64,000 nucleotides of DNA from Candidatus Latescibacterota bacterium (GTDB lineage: Bacteria; Latescibacterota; UBA2968; UBA8231). The DNA lies in the NCBI GenBank assembly GCA_965217585.1, contig OZ244561.1:1-64000 (forward strand), written 5' to 3'. Position 1 is the stretch's first letter. Every line of letters begins with the position of its first letter. The notes beneath the pieces were generated by a model. That model was not told the origin of the DNA. It ran no database searches and saw only the letters and a program-made list of their open reading frames with translations. Of this stretch, positions 20,201 through 28,896 are shown one piece after another. Position numbers and translations under genes: made by a program.

Positions 20201-20802
20201 GCGTATTGGAAGAACACCAGGAACAAAAGGAACGCTACGACTTTCTCCGCCAGCAGCGCGACGATCTAGTGATCGCCGCCGAGGACCTGAAGAAGACCCT
20301 CAGCCTGATCGACCGCACGGCGCGGCGGATGTTCCTCAAGTCTTTCGAGCAGATCCGCGACAAGTTCAAAGAGACCTTTGTCCGCTTCTTCCCCGGAGGC
20401 GAAGCCGACCTCCGCCTCGAGGAAAACGTCGACGCCCTAGAGGCCCATATCGACATCATCGCCCGCCCTCGCGGCAAGCGCCTACAAAACATTGCCCTGC
20501 TGTCGGGCGGCGAGCGGGCGCTGACGGCCATCTCCCTGCTCTTTGCCATCTACCAAGTCAAGCCCAGCCCGTTCTGCATCCTCGATGAGGTCGATGCCCC
20601 GCTCGACGACGCCAACATCAACCGCTTCGTGCGCGTGCTCAAGGAATTTGCCAGGGAGACGCAATTTGTCGTCGTGACGCACAACAAGATCACCATGGCG
20701 GCGGCCGACGCTCTGCACGGCGTCACCATGCCTGAGGAAGGGGTTTCTCAGCTTGTTTCGGTGCGGGTTGAGGGCGAGGAATTGGAAGCCGCGGCTGGCT
20801 AG
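17239..20802 (+). CDS. smc: Chromosome segregation protein SMC
   Basis: GFKSF, GPNGCGKSN, coiled coils, hinge, LSGGE, LDEVDAPLD. Confidence 0.97.
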   Translation: MRLNQLEIFGFKSFAQKIVIPFEPGITAIVGPNGCGKSNVVEAIRWVLGEQRAGTFRGQRMEDVIFAGTRQRKALGMAEVALEIENRDNALPVEFAEVVLTRRLFRSGESDYLLNKIPCRLLDITNLLMDTGLGQGAYAVMEQGMVDEIISDKTENRRRILEEAAGITKYKVRRRSTRNRLEATQADLQRIEDIIAEVKRQVDNLGRQVGRARRYRELKEELDQLDVRLGRQRFFALSAQISPRQDEFAALSKATEEGYTRFTSREAELEKARLALTEAEKAMQEAGLELNRRIEAIHEREQLLVAVRERREAAEQIRERTARERADYSDQLEAVQQQRRDNAAHLDEARTAFVHIERELQAHQQRATQAEEEYASYRAELDQRQHGRMEHLRQGGEISRALERQQAERDALDERAVAMRSEETTTAAERDQALQAAKAAEAARAETHQQLSTCQQQRTAARAARDQTEKTLRDLGEQRDAARRAAEANQARLQVLEKVRAGYQGYQSGVRTLMLESPHAALFRGVLGDLVEVEAEHARAVEVALGESLQALIAHSDSGLLKGIAHLRARSGRVGILSLEAPPRTLGPVLDPDPMPGLRGPLQDYVRPEASIAPLIAGLLHNTFLVDDLQTALALTRRYPSAYVRCVTPDGDAVDLFGLASGGQSQAEDSGVLGRGREIRTLRSLVAHQNARYAALVPRLDSLAEQLDALTQRLENLAAESETWRAKEREQIHQHQRAHTDAERLAARLKQLHSESTSLAKRCQALDQNIAEQAEHLRHNEAESTRLSEESSALEEDLTQSETRRHERREALGTLQVEHARTTEIVQGLERDASRLKNIDANLHNNIERLAAEGTEAERQQAECSVRSTALTDELKGLHQGRETLATEQDQRRQHWAAANTQNRELQENISHLQRQLNDQRERRTSLEVRISELQLQTQHIRTRLQEEYHCDVAAMGSPDEAIDEEATQQRIDQLRQSLHRLGSVHLGVLEEHQEQKERYDFLRQQRDDLVIAAEDLKKTLSLIDRTARRMFLKSFEQIRDKFKETFVRFFPGGEADLRLEENVDALEAHIDIIARPRGKRLQNIALLSGGERALTAISLLFAIYQVKPSPFCILDEVDAPLDDANINRFVRVLKEFARETQFVVVTHNKITMAAADALHGVTMPEEGVSQLVSVRVEGEELEAAAG

Positions 20803-20823
20803 GCAGAGCGGAAGCGCACCGAC

Positions 20824-20856
20824 AAAAAAGGGGACCTCAGCCGAGGCCCCCTTTTT
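20824..20856. terminator. Bidirectional intrinsic terminator between smc and pyrE
   Basis: AAAAAAGGGGACCTC-agcc-GAGGCCCCCTTTTT between convergent genes. Confidence 0.85.
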
Positions 20857-20872
20857 CGTGCCATGAACGGTG

Positions 20873-21388
20873 TCACTTCAGTTCGCTCATCCGAAACAGG
20901 GCGTGGAGTTCAATGCCTTCTCGGGCTAGGCTCTCGGTACCACCGGATTCGCGGTCAATCACGCAGATGGCCTGTGAAACCTCTGCGCCAAGGTTGCGAA
21001 GATCCCGAGCGGAAAGTGCAATTTGTCCACCGGAAGTGACGACATCTTCAACAATCAGCAGATTTTTGCCAGCAATGTCGGGGCCTTCGGCGAGTTTGCA
21101 GGTGCCGTATTCTTTGGCTTTTTTGCGCACGAGGCACGTGGATAGTCCTGAAAGGAGAGAGAGCATAGTAGCGATGGGCACACCACCGAGTTCGAGACCT
21201 GCGAGAATGTCTGTGTCGTCGGGGATTAAGGGCTGGAGGTGGGTGGCGAGTGCGCGAAGGAGCTCGGGATGGGTTTCAAACTGATATTTGTCGAAATACT
21301 CTGTGGCCGTCGCGCCTGAGCGCAAAGTAAATTGTCCGCGCAGGTGAGCGGTCTGATAGATGCGGTGAGCGAGTTCGAGTCGGGTCAT
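20873..21388 (-). CDS. pyrE: Orotate phosphoribosyltransferase
   Basis: FTLRSG, YFDKY, RKKAKEYGT, VEDVVTSGG PRPP motif. Confidence 0.92.
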   Translation of the reverse strand: MTRLELAHRIYQTAHLRGQFTLRSGATATEYFDKYQFETHPELLRALATHLQPLIPDDTDILAGLELGGVPIATMLSLLSGLSTCLVRKKAKEYGTCKLAEGPDIAGKNLLIVEDVVTSGGQIALSARDLRNLGAEVSQAICVIDRESGGTESLAREGIELHALFRMSELK

Positions 21389-21537
21389 AGCATGAACCTA
21401 TCTCAAAATTAAAGTTGCCTGAGTAAGATCAGGATAGATGCAAGTTGGACGAACCAAGAAAGTTCTCCACATAATTTTTCTTCAACTCAATGATAAATTA
21501 TTATGATTCAAAAGAAGTTTTAGTTTTGAGATACGTT

Positions 21538-22080
21538 CTAGTTGGGCAGGTCCTCGGCGGGAATGTCTCGCAGCCGTGGGTTATTTTGGTCTCGCGGCGA
21601 AAGGACCGGCACCCCCTCAATGCCCCAGTCCAACCCCGCATCGGGATCGTCCCAAGCCAAGCCCCACTCGTCCGTGCCGTCGTAGTAGGAATCGACCAAG
21701 TAGAAAAGCATCGCGTCGGTGACTGCGTAAAAGCCATGCGCTACTCCCGCCGGAATAAAGACGCCCCGCAATACCTCTTGATCCAACTCGATAACCTGCC
21801 CCTGCCCACGGGTCGGCGAGCTGCGGCGCAGATCGAGCAGCCCGACGCGCAGCGCGCCCATGCCGCAGTGCCAGTAGTCAACTTGGCGGTGGTGATAGTG
21901 CAAGCCGCGCAGCACCCCCTGTTGCGACTCTGAGCGGCTCCACTGCAAGGCGTCCCAGCGGCAGTGGGGAAACCACTCCTTGCGATAGACCTCGGTAAAG
22001 CGGCCCCGCTCGTCGCCGTGCGATTGCAGCTCGGCAATATAGACGCCTTCAATGGCCGCAGAGGGGCAGATCTGGGTCAT
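21538..22080 (-). CDS. rfbC: dTDP-4-dehydrorhamnose 3,5-epimerase
   Basis: DERGRF, GVLRGLHYH, DLRRSSPT, GVAHGF, WDDPD; ATG at 22080. Confidence 0.9.
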   Translation of the reverse strand: MTQICPSAAIEGVYIAELQSHGDERGRFTEVYRKEWFPHCRWDALQWSRSESQQGVLRGLHYHHRQVDYWHCGMGALRVGLLDLRRSSPTRGQGQVIELDQEVLRGVFIPAGVAHGFYAVTDAMLFYLVDSYYDGTDEWGLAWDDPDAGLDWGIEGVPVLSPRDQNNPRLRDIPAEDLPN

Positions 22081-22081
22081 C

Positions 22082-22705
22082 TCAAGCCGCCTTGCCGCAG
22101 CATCTTTTGAACTTCTTGCCGCTGCCGCAGGGGCACGGGTCATTGCGGCCGACCTTGGGAGCTTCGCGGCGAAAGGTCTCTACCTTGGCGGGAAAGAGCC
22201 GACCGCCCTCCAGTACGGCGGCCGGTTTTTCGCCTTCTAGCGCGGGCCGCGGCGTCTGCAACCACTCCTCGTGCAATTCCCGCATGGCCTCGCTCATCTC
22301 CGCTTCACCCAGCTCGCCCTCGAACCCGCGCTCTTGGCAAAAGGCGCTAAAATCGGCCAGCAAGGCCCCCTGTGGCGAGCGCAGCATTTCCTCGACCTGC
22401 TGCACGTCAACCCCGGGCGGCAGGGCCTGCTGGAGTTGGGCCAAGTCCAACTCCTCCACCGCAGCAGGTTCTTCGTCGTCTGTATCCGCGTCGGGAGCAG
22501 GTGCCACCGCATTGGCGATTTCGGCCAGTACTTGGCCCATTTCGCTGCGATCGGCCTCAGCCGCCGTCGGCAGTACTTGATCGACGATCCAATCTACCTC
22601 TTCGCCATCTGCCAACAGCTCAACTATCTCTTCAGCCGAGAATTTCTCTGCCCCTGTGGCTTGACACAATGCCTCCAAACGCGTGGCCAACTTCTGCACG
22701 AGCAC
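22082..22705 (-). CDS. SEC-C motif-containing protein
   Basis: C-terminal [21 protein letters not shown]. Confidence 0.85.
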   Translation of the reverse strand: MLVQKLATRLEALCQATGAEKFSAEEIVELLADGEEVDWIVDQVLPTAAEADRSEMGQVLAEIANAVAPAPDADTDDEEPAAVEELDLAQLQQALPPGVDVQQVEEMLRSPQGALLADFSAFCQERGFEGELGEAEMSEAMRELHEEWLQTPRPALEGEKPAAVLEGGRLFPAKVETFRREAPKVGRNDPCPCGSGKKFKRCCGKAA

Positions 22706-22747
22706 ACTCCATTTTCATTGAGAAACTAGGCGAATTTACCGGTGCGA

Positions 22748-22776
22748 AATCTACCGCTTGCCCCTGTACCTGTCAA
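22748..22776 (-). promoter_or_regulatory. Sigma-70 promoter for the SEC-C/rfbC unit
   Basis: Minus strand TTGACA-17 nt-TAGATT. Confidence 0.65.
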
Positions 22777-22785
22777 AAGATGTGC

Positions 22786-22817
22786 CTCAGAAATCTGAGG
22801 ATATTCAGATTTCTGAG
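22786..22817. promoter_or_regulatory. Palindromic upstream activator site (candidate bEBP enhancer)
   Basis: CTCAGAAATCTGA-ggatat-TCAGATTTCTGAG, a perfect 13-bp inverted repeat with each half itself near-palindromic; about 90-120 bp upstream of a sigma-54 promoter. Confidence 0.65.
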
Positions 22818-22903
22818 TGCTACATCCGGCTTTTTGTTGCCAATTACCCCTAAAAACGGCTAAAAACGGGCGATAAGGCGCGCATTTTCACCTTAGTAAA
22901 GAA

Positions 22904-22919
22904 TGGCACGATTCTTGCT
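22904..22919 (+). promoter_or_regulatory. Sigma-54 (-24/-12) promoter
   Basis: TGGCACG-ATTC-TTGCT, matching the TGGCACG-N4-TTGCW consensus. Confidence 0.85.
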
Positions 22920-23007
22920 AACATACGTATAGCCACAACGATAATCGCTTGAATCGCGGTGCCTTGCCCTCAGCGAGCGGCGCCTGCACCAGGAAGGAGC
23001 GGTAACC

Positions 23008-23616
23008 ATGGAAGCGATGAATGCACTCACGGATAGGGAAGTTTTGCTGCGGGCCGCCGAAGACCAAGGCCATCTCGGCGTGCTGGTCAAACGCTATCGC
23101 ACCCCCTTGTACAACTTTGTCTATCGCTTTGTCGGCGACAAGGAAACAGCCGAGGACATCGTCCAAGAGACTTTTCTCCGCTGCCTGCGCCACAGCCACC
23201 AGTACCCAGCCATCGAACAGGTTTCCACTTGGCTCTACACCATTGCCGGTAACTTGGCCAAGACCGAGTTGCGCCGCCGCAAGCGTTGGAATTGGATTCC
23301 GATCAGCCCCAGCGACGACGAACAGCCCACCGCCTTTTACGAGCCGGAGGCCAAGGACCCACTCCCCGGCGAACAGACCGACGGCAACCGCGTCAAGTCC
23401 CTCGTCGTCCATGCCATCGAGGACCTGCCCACAGAATTTCGCGCCGCCGTGCTCCTCCGCGATTTGAACGGGCTCTCGTACGAGGAAATAGCCAAGATCA
23501 TCAACTGCCCCGTAGGCACGGTCAAGTCTCGCGTCAACCGGGGCCGCCTGCGGCTGCAAAAGACCTTGCGCGGGCTAGCTGAAGAAGTGATTGGGCCGCT
23601 CGCCACGCCAGCCTGA
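23008..23616 (+). CDS. ECF-type RNA polymerase sigma-70 factor
   Basis: AEDIVQETF, STWLYTIA.N, LSYEEIA...PVGTVKSRVNRGR. Confidence 0.92.
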   Translation: MEAMNALTDREVLLRAAEDQGHLGVLVKRYRTPLYNFVYRFVGDKETAEDIVQETFLRCLRHSHQYPAIEQVSTWLYTIAGNLAKTELRRRKRWNWIPISPSDDEQPTAFYEPEAKDPLPGEQTDGNRVKSLVVHAIEDLPTEFRAAVLLRDLNGLSYEEIAKIINCPVGTVKSRVNRGRLRLQKTLRGLAEEVIGPLATPA

Positions 23617-23704
23617 TCTCTTTGCCGGCTTCCCGTAGCGACGTTTTCATTGCCCAGCGGCTTGCTCCTAATTATTTTCGCTCACCTTCCATTAGGAGCA
23701 CTCC

Positions 23705-24760
23705 ATGACTATTGATGCCCAACGCCTCTACGGTTTTGTCGAGCAACTGCTCGCCGCGCACGCACCCTCGGGCGCAGAATCCGCTATGGACGCCCTCGTC
23801 ACCGAACTCGCCGCTCCCATCGGCGACGCCGTCTGGCAGGACGCGGCCGACAACATCATCATCCACATCAAGGGCCAAAGCCATGATCAGCCCGTAGCAG
23901 CCGTCGCCCACAAAGACGAGATCGCCCTCATCGTCAAGCGCATTGAATCCGACGGCAAAATCAGGGTGCAGCCCTTGGGCGGTTTGCACCCTTGGGCACT
24001 AGGTGAAAGCCCAGTGGAGATCATGGCGCGGGACGGCCTCTGCCCGGGCGTGCTCTCCACCGGCGCCAAGCACGTCTCCACAGAGAGTCCGGCGGGGCGG
24101 CTCAAAGACGGCCAACCCCTCAAGTGGGAACAGATGTGGATTGAAACGAGGCTCGCGGCCTTAGAGCTAGCCCAGCGCGGGATTCGCGCCGGCACTCGGG
24201 TCGTCATCGCCGGCAAACACAAGACGCTCTGGCGTTTGGGCGATTGCGTCTGCGGCTACAACCTCGATTGCCGCGCCGGCTTGGCGGCCATGCTCGAAGT
24301 GGGCCTGCACTTGCGGGAGAACCGACCGGCCCAAGACGTATATCTCGTGGCCAGCTCCAGCGAAGAAATCGGCGGTCACGGCGCGATCTACGCGCTCGGG
24401 CGGCTGCCGGTTGACGCGGCCGTTGCCGTTGACATTGCGCCCGCGGCGGCCGAATACGGCACGGTCAACAGCGGCGACCCCATCATTGGCGTCCGCGACA
24501 CTCGCGGCTTGTACGACGCGCGCATCATCGATCGCTTTGACTCCCTAGCCGCCGCCTGCGGGTTCGGCATCCAAACGGCCGTCCTCACTTCGTACTCCAG
24601 CGACTCGTCGATTGCCAAAACATCTGGTGCCATTGCGCGCGCTGCGTTGATTGGCTACCCGGGCGACAACACGCACGGGTACGAAATCTGCGCGTGGGAC
24701 GGCATCGTCAACACGGCGCGGTTGCTCTTGGCTTATTTGGAAAATCCAGTGGTGGACTAA
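23705..24760 (+). CDS. M42 family metallopeptidase
   Basis: APSGAE, AHKDEI, NLDCRAG, SEEIGG, VDI, NTHGYE. Confidence 0.85.
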   Translation: MTIDAQRLYGFVEQLLAAHAPSGAESAMDALVTELAAPIGDAVWQDAADNIIIHIKGQSHDQPVAAVAHKDEIALIVKRIESDGKIRVQPLGGLHPWALGESPVEIMARDGLCPGVLSTGAKHVSTESPAGRLKDGQPLKWEQMWIETRLAALELAQRGIRAGTRVVIAGKHKTLWRLGDCVCGYNLDCRAGLAAMLEVGLHLRENRPAQDVYLVASSSEEIGGHGAIYALGRLPVDAAVAVDIAPAAAEYGTVNSGDPIIGVRDTRGLYDARIIDRFDSLAAACGFGIQTAVLTSYSSDSSIAKTSGAIARAALIGYPGDNTHGYEICAWDGIVNTARLLLAYLENPVVD

Positions 24761-25809
24761 AAGGCGCGCCGGACCAGAAAGTCCAGCATCTCTCCCAGCA
24801 TATCGCGAGTGGAGTTGGCCGGGAGCTGCTCTAGGTGGGCCAAGCTCTCTTCGACCTTCTGCTGGCACACGCCCTCGACGTAGCGGTCGCATTCGTAGTA
24901 CTCGACCAAGGCGATGACTCGCTCGATCTCGGCGGCTGTGTTGCGGTGCCGCTCTTGGTGCAAAATCGCCAGCACTTCTTCGTACTCCGCCGCCGTGCAT
25001 TTGCCCAAAAGGTCAATGATAATCAAGGTCCGCTTCCCTTCGGCGATATCTCCGCCCCGCTCCTTGCCGTAGGCCCCGGAAGTAACCCCGGGCGCAGAGC
25101 CAGCGTCTTGTTCGGCAGAGCTCAAGTTCAGCAGGTCGTCGCGGAGTTGGAACGCGATGGCCATGGACTCGCCGAAGTCGCCGATACAAGTTCGCAACTC
25201 CATCTCGGCACCCGCGATAATCGCCCCGGCCGTACAGGGTCCCCGGCCCGTGTACCATCCGGTCTTTTTGCGCAACATAGTCATAAACTCGTCCTCGCTG
25301 GGAATATAGCGCTGGCGAATCCAGCCCACGTCGTATGCCTGCCCCTCAAACGTCTCGCACGCGCCGCGGATCATCTCGTCCATCAAATCGAGCGCGACGT
25401 CAGCCCCCAACACTTCGCGGTTCGCGCTGAGGATCTCAAAGACCTTGGCGTACAGGGCATCGCCGACGTTGATGGTCAATGGGATCCCGTGCAGCTTGTG
25501 CAAACAGGGCTTGCCGCGCCGCATCTCCGAATCGTCTTCAATATCGTCGTGGACCACGGCAAACGACTGGAACATCTCAAAGGCCACCGCAGTCCGCATG
25601 GCTTTCTTCACGTCGCCGCCGCAGGCTTGGCAAGCCAACAGCACTAGCGCCGGGCGGAATCGCTTGCCGCCGCGCTCCGGGTAGTCGCGCATCAGCCGAT
25701 ACAGGAAGTCCTCGGGTTCGCGCACGACGAGGAACGAGAACATTTCCTCTTCCAGTTCCGGAATGTAGCGATGCAAAAACTGGCGCAAACCTCGGGGAAC
25801 CGCAGACAT
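24757..25809 (-). CDS. Polyprenyl diphosphate synthase
   Basis: GGKRFRP, VHDDIEDDSEMRRGKP, FQLRDD, DIAEGKRT; ATG 25809. Confidence 0.9.
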   Translation of the reverse strand: MSAVPRGLRQFLHRYIPELEEEMFSFLVVREPEDFLYRLMRDYPERGGKRFRPALVLLACQACGGDVKKAMRTAVAFEMFQSFAVVHDDIEDDSEMRRGKPCLHKLHGIPLTINVGDALYAKVFEILSANREVLGADVALDLMDEMIRGACETFEGQAYDVGWIRQRYIPSEDEFMTMLRKKTGWYTGRGPCTAGAIIAGAEMELRTCIGDFGESMAIAFQLRDDLLNLSSAEQDAGSAPGVTSGAYGKERGGDIAEGKRTLIIIDLLGKCTAAEYEEVLAILHQERHRNTAAEIERVIALVEYYECDRYVEGVCQQKVEESLAHLEQLPANSTRDMLGEMLDFLVRRAF

Positions 25810-25843
25810 ATTCAACCTTTCGTTGTGAATGGCGCGAGCGCAT

Positions 25844-26428
25844 CTACCATCTGGTGCGCCCCACTTGTACCTCGGGGTGCGAGACAATTAAATGCCATAT
25901 AACGGCTTGGAAGGATTCCGTCAGCGGCGTAACCGCATCCGGGGCGACCGTCGGCACAATCGCGCAAGCATCGGCGACTTGGGCTGTAAAGCCGCCATCC
26001 CGCCCCACGATGCCGCAGATTTTAGCTCCGATCTCTTTGGCGTACTCTAGTGCCACAACCAAGTTGACGCTTGTATTCAGCGGGCGATTGCCGCCGCCAA
26101 CGGACAAGATCAAGATCAGATCCTTTTCGCTTAAGCGGCTACCCTTCAGCCAATTGGCAAAGGCCGTATCCCAGCCCTCGTCGTTGATGCGCGCCGTCAA
26201 CTCCGAGACGTTGTCGGTAGGTGCGTAGGACTCAATACCAGCGATCTTGCGAAAGTCGTTGACCGCGTGGCTCGCATTGCCCGCGCTACCCCCCACGCCG
26301 AGGATAAAGAGTCGCCCCCCACACTGACGGGTCTCGACAAAGAGCCGCACCATCGCTTCGATCGCACTGCGATCTAGCTGCTCAATGACCTGAGCCGCCG
26401 CCGCCAAGTACTGGTGGGTGTAACTCAT
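25844..26428 (-). CDS. gmhA: SIS-domain phosphoheptose isomerase-like protein
   Basis: GVGGSAGNASHAVND, LTARINDEGW, ESFQAVIWH. Confidence 0.75.
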   Translation of the reverse strand: MSYTHQYLAAAAQVIEQLDRSAIEAMVRLFVETRQCGGRLFILGVGGSAGNASHAVNDFRKIAGIESYAPTDNVSELTARINDEGWDTAFANWLKGSRLSEKDLILILSVGGGNRPLNTSVNLVVALEYAKEIGAKICGIVGRDGGFTAQVADACAIVPTVAPDAVTPLTESFQAVIWHLIVSHPEVQVGRTRW

Positions 26429-26437
26429 CCGCCGCGC

Positions 26438-27187
26438 TTACAGGCTGTAGCCGGCAGCCGTGGCATCCGCGTAAAAGATCTGCACCGTCTCTAGCGAGAA
26501 CTGCCCCATTTCCTTGCCCAAGGTCGGCAGCTTTTTGATGATGTCGCTGGTGCAGGTGATGATGTGGCAACCGATGCTGTCGGCTTGGACGACATTGTAC
26601 ACCTCGCGGGGACTGGCCCAGATGAGTTCGGCTTGGGGGTTGGATGCGAGTAACTCGACCGACTCGACCATGACCGGCATGTAGTCTAGCCCGGCGTCGG
26701 CGATGCGACCGGCAAAGACCGACACGCAGCACGGTGCCCCGCCTTCGACCGCGGCCGCCACTTCTCGCACTTGGTCGAGCAGAAAAATCGCCGTGACGTT
26801 GACCTTGACCCCGTCTTGAGACAGCCGATGGACCAAGTCGTAGCTGACCTCGCCCTTGGTGTTGCTGACGGGGATTTTGGCGTACACGTTTTCGCCCCAA
26901 GTTGCGATCTCGCGGGCTTGGCGCTCCATGTCGTCGAACTCGTCTGAAAAGACCTCAAAAGAAATGTGGCGATCGGGAATGGCCGCGACGATGTCGTGGG
27001 CAAAGGCTCGGTAGTCGGTGACGCCCGCTTGGCGCATCAAGGTGGGATTGGTCGTAAACCCAGAGACTAGCGGATTGGCATAGCTCGCCAACATGCTCTC
27101 GCGGTCGGCCCCGTCGGCAAATACTTTGACCGCGAGGTCGGCGGCGGATTTTTCGTACGCGAGCACTTGGGAAGTGAGGGTGGTCAT
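26438..27187 (-). CDS. tal: Transaldolase (short type)
   Basis: FADGA, GFTTNPTLM, YAKIP, SVFAGRIAD, WASPRE. Confidence 0.9.
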   Translation of the reverse strand: MTTLTSQVLAYEKSAADLAVKVFADGADRESMLASYANPLVSGFTTNPTLMRQAGVTDYRAFAHDIVAAIPDRHISFEVFSDEFDDMERQAREIATWGENVYAKIPVSNTKGEVSYDLVHRLSQDGVKVNVTAIFLLDQVREVAAAVEGGAPCCVSVFAGRIADAGLDYMPVMVESVELLASNPQAELIWASPREVYNVVQADSIGCHIITCTSDIIKKLPTLGKEMGQFSLETVQIFYADATAAGYSL

Positions 27188-27361
27188 GGCATTACTCCTT
27201 TAGAGTCGTGATAGGCTTAAGTCTATTAAATTAAATATAAACCCCGCCGCCGAAAGTTGCCGTAGCCCACGCGCGGCACAGTTGGCTTTGTAAAACGCGT
27301 ATTGTATAATTACAGACAACTGCTGCATCTCGCTCGCCATCCAATAAGAAGGGATTTTGCG

Positions 27362-28801
27362 ATGAAATACCAATGGGCACTGGTCGGTTTGCTGATTGCC
27401 ACCACCTGCTCCACGGCCGATGTCCTCTCGCTGCAAGAGTGCATCGACTTGGCCATGCAAAACAACTTACAACACCAAAGGGACCAACAGACCCTAGCCA
27501 GCAACCAAGCTCAACTAGCGATGGCGCAAGCACCCTTTGCCTTCAACATGAGCGCCAGCCTCACCACCCCCAGCTTCACCGAGCTGCGCGATATTCAAGA
27601 AAACATCGCCCTCAAAACCCGAGTCCGCGAGGAGAATACCGATGTCTTGTACTCGGGCAACCTGTACATGACTCAGCGCCTGCGCCACCTCGGCCAATTC
27701 AGACTGACCACTGCGGCCCTGCGCCGCAAATTCTCGTCCAACCTCCGCGACCCCTTCCTCGACTATTCGGGTTCGACGCGCCTTTTTTACGAGCGCGATC
27801 TACTCGGTCAGCCCAGCGAGGAAATCCAACTCAAGGGTGCCGAGCACAGCCTGCAAAGCGCACGCCTCAACTTCGACCGCCAGCGGCTCCAGCTAGAGGG
27901 CCAAGTCATCGACGATTACTACAGTTTAGTGCAGAGCGTCCGCGAGCTCGAAATAGAGGAGCAGCGCCTAGCGCAGTCGCGCGCCAATTTGGAGTTGGCC
28001 CAACGAAAATTTGAGGTCGGCCTCATCGCCGAAGTAGAAGCCCTGCGCCTACAGGTGGAGATGCTGCAGGCCGAAGCCACGTATGACCAAGCCCGAACCA
28101 ATATCGAATCGAGCCGCGACATTCTCCGCGAAACCCTCGGACTCGATGTGTGGGCACCGCTCGAAATCGACACCGAGGTCCAGTACGAGATTTACCCCAT
28201 CGACGCCCAACGCGCCCTTGAAATCGGCTTGGCGCGCCGCACCGACATGAAACGAGCCGAAATTTACGAGGAAATCAGTGCGTTGAATCTAGAGGAGGTT
28301 CGTCGCCGCAACGGCATTAACGCGACCTTCAGCGCCAATGTCAGCATGCAGGGGCGCGGCAGCGCAATCGGTGATGTCAGCGACAATTTCGAGCGCAATC
28401 GGTGGGGAGTCGATCTGCAGATAACCCTGCCGCTGATCGACAGCGGCCAGCGGCGCACCAATGTCAGCCAAGCGCGCATTGACTTGGAGCAAAGCCGCCT
28501 CGCCCGCGAGCAGCAGCGCCGCCAAATCATCCAGCAGATCCGCGACACCACGCGCCGCGTCCACGAGGCCGAGCGCCAGATCGACCTGCGCCAAGCCGCC
28601 CTCCAGTTTGCCCAGCGCACCTACGACGTCGAGCAGAGCCGCTTTGAACTCGGCTTAGCCGACAGCCAGCAACTGCTCCAAGCCCAAGGCAATTTGACAC
28701 AGGCCCAGATCAATGCCCTAGGCGCAGTCATAGGCTACCAGCGCCAGCTCAAAAACGCGCGGCTTGCCACCATGGCCGAGCTTAAAGAACTAGCACCTTA
28801 G
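27362..28801 (+). CDS. TolC family outer membrane efflux protein
   Basis: Signal peptide, LSLQECIDLAMQNN, two OEP repeats (RKFEVGLI, SRFELGLA). Confidence 0.88.
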   Translation: MKYQWALVGLLIATTCSTADVLSLQECIDLAMQNNLQHQRDQQTLASNQAQLAMAQAPFAFNMSASLTTPSFTELRDIQENIALKTRVREENTDVLYSGNLYMTQRLRHLGQFRLTTAALRRKFSSNLRDPFLDYSGSTRLFYERDLLGQPSEEIQLKGAEHSLQSARLNFDRQRLQLEGQVIDDYYSLVQSVRELEIEEQRLAQSRANLELAQRKFEVGLIAEVEALRLQVEMLQAEATYDQARTNIESSRDILRETLGLDVWAPLEIDTEVQYEIYPIDAQRALEIGLARRTDMKRAEIYEEISALNLEEVRRRNGINATFSANVSMQGRGSAIGDVSDNFERNRWGVDLQITLPLIDSGQRRTNVSQARIDLEQSRLAREQQRRQIIQQIRDTTRRVHEAERQIDLRQAALQFAQRTYDVEQSRFELGLADSQQLLQAQGNLTQAQINALGAVIGYQRQLKNARLATMAELKELAP

Positions 28802-28822
28802 CTTCCCAATCCAAGTACAAAC

Positions 28823-28866
28823 ACAAAGGCGGCCTAAGTTTCTCAAGAAGCTTAGGCCGCCTTTGT
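28823..28866. terminator. Bidirectional terminator between the TolC and DksA-like genes
   Basis: Perfect 16-bp stem ACAAAGGCGGCCTAAG / CTTAGGCCGCCTTTGT between convergent genes. Confidence 0.85.
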
Positions 28867-28896
28867 TTAGGCTCGAATAACGCGCCGATTAAGAGT

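Noticed and set aside
17900-20300. Repetitive CAG/GAG/GCC-rich sequence
   Set aside because: Explained by the SMC coiled coil
21490-21933. Plus-strand 147-aa ORF starting in the AT-rich spacer
   Set aside because: Lies antisense to rfbC and has no recognisable domain
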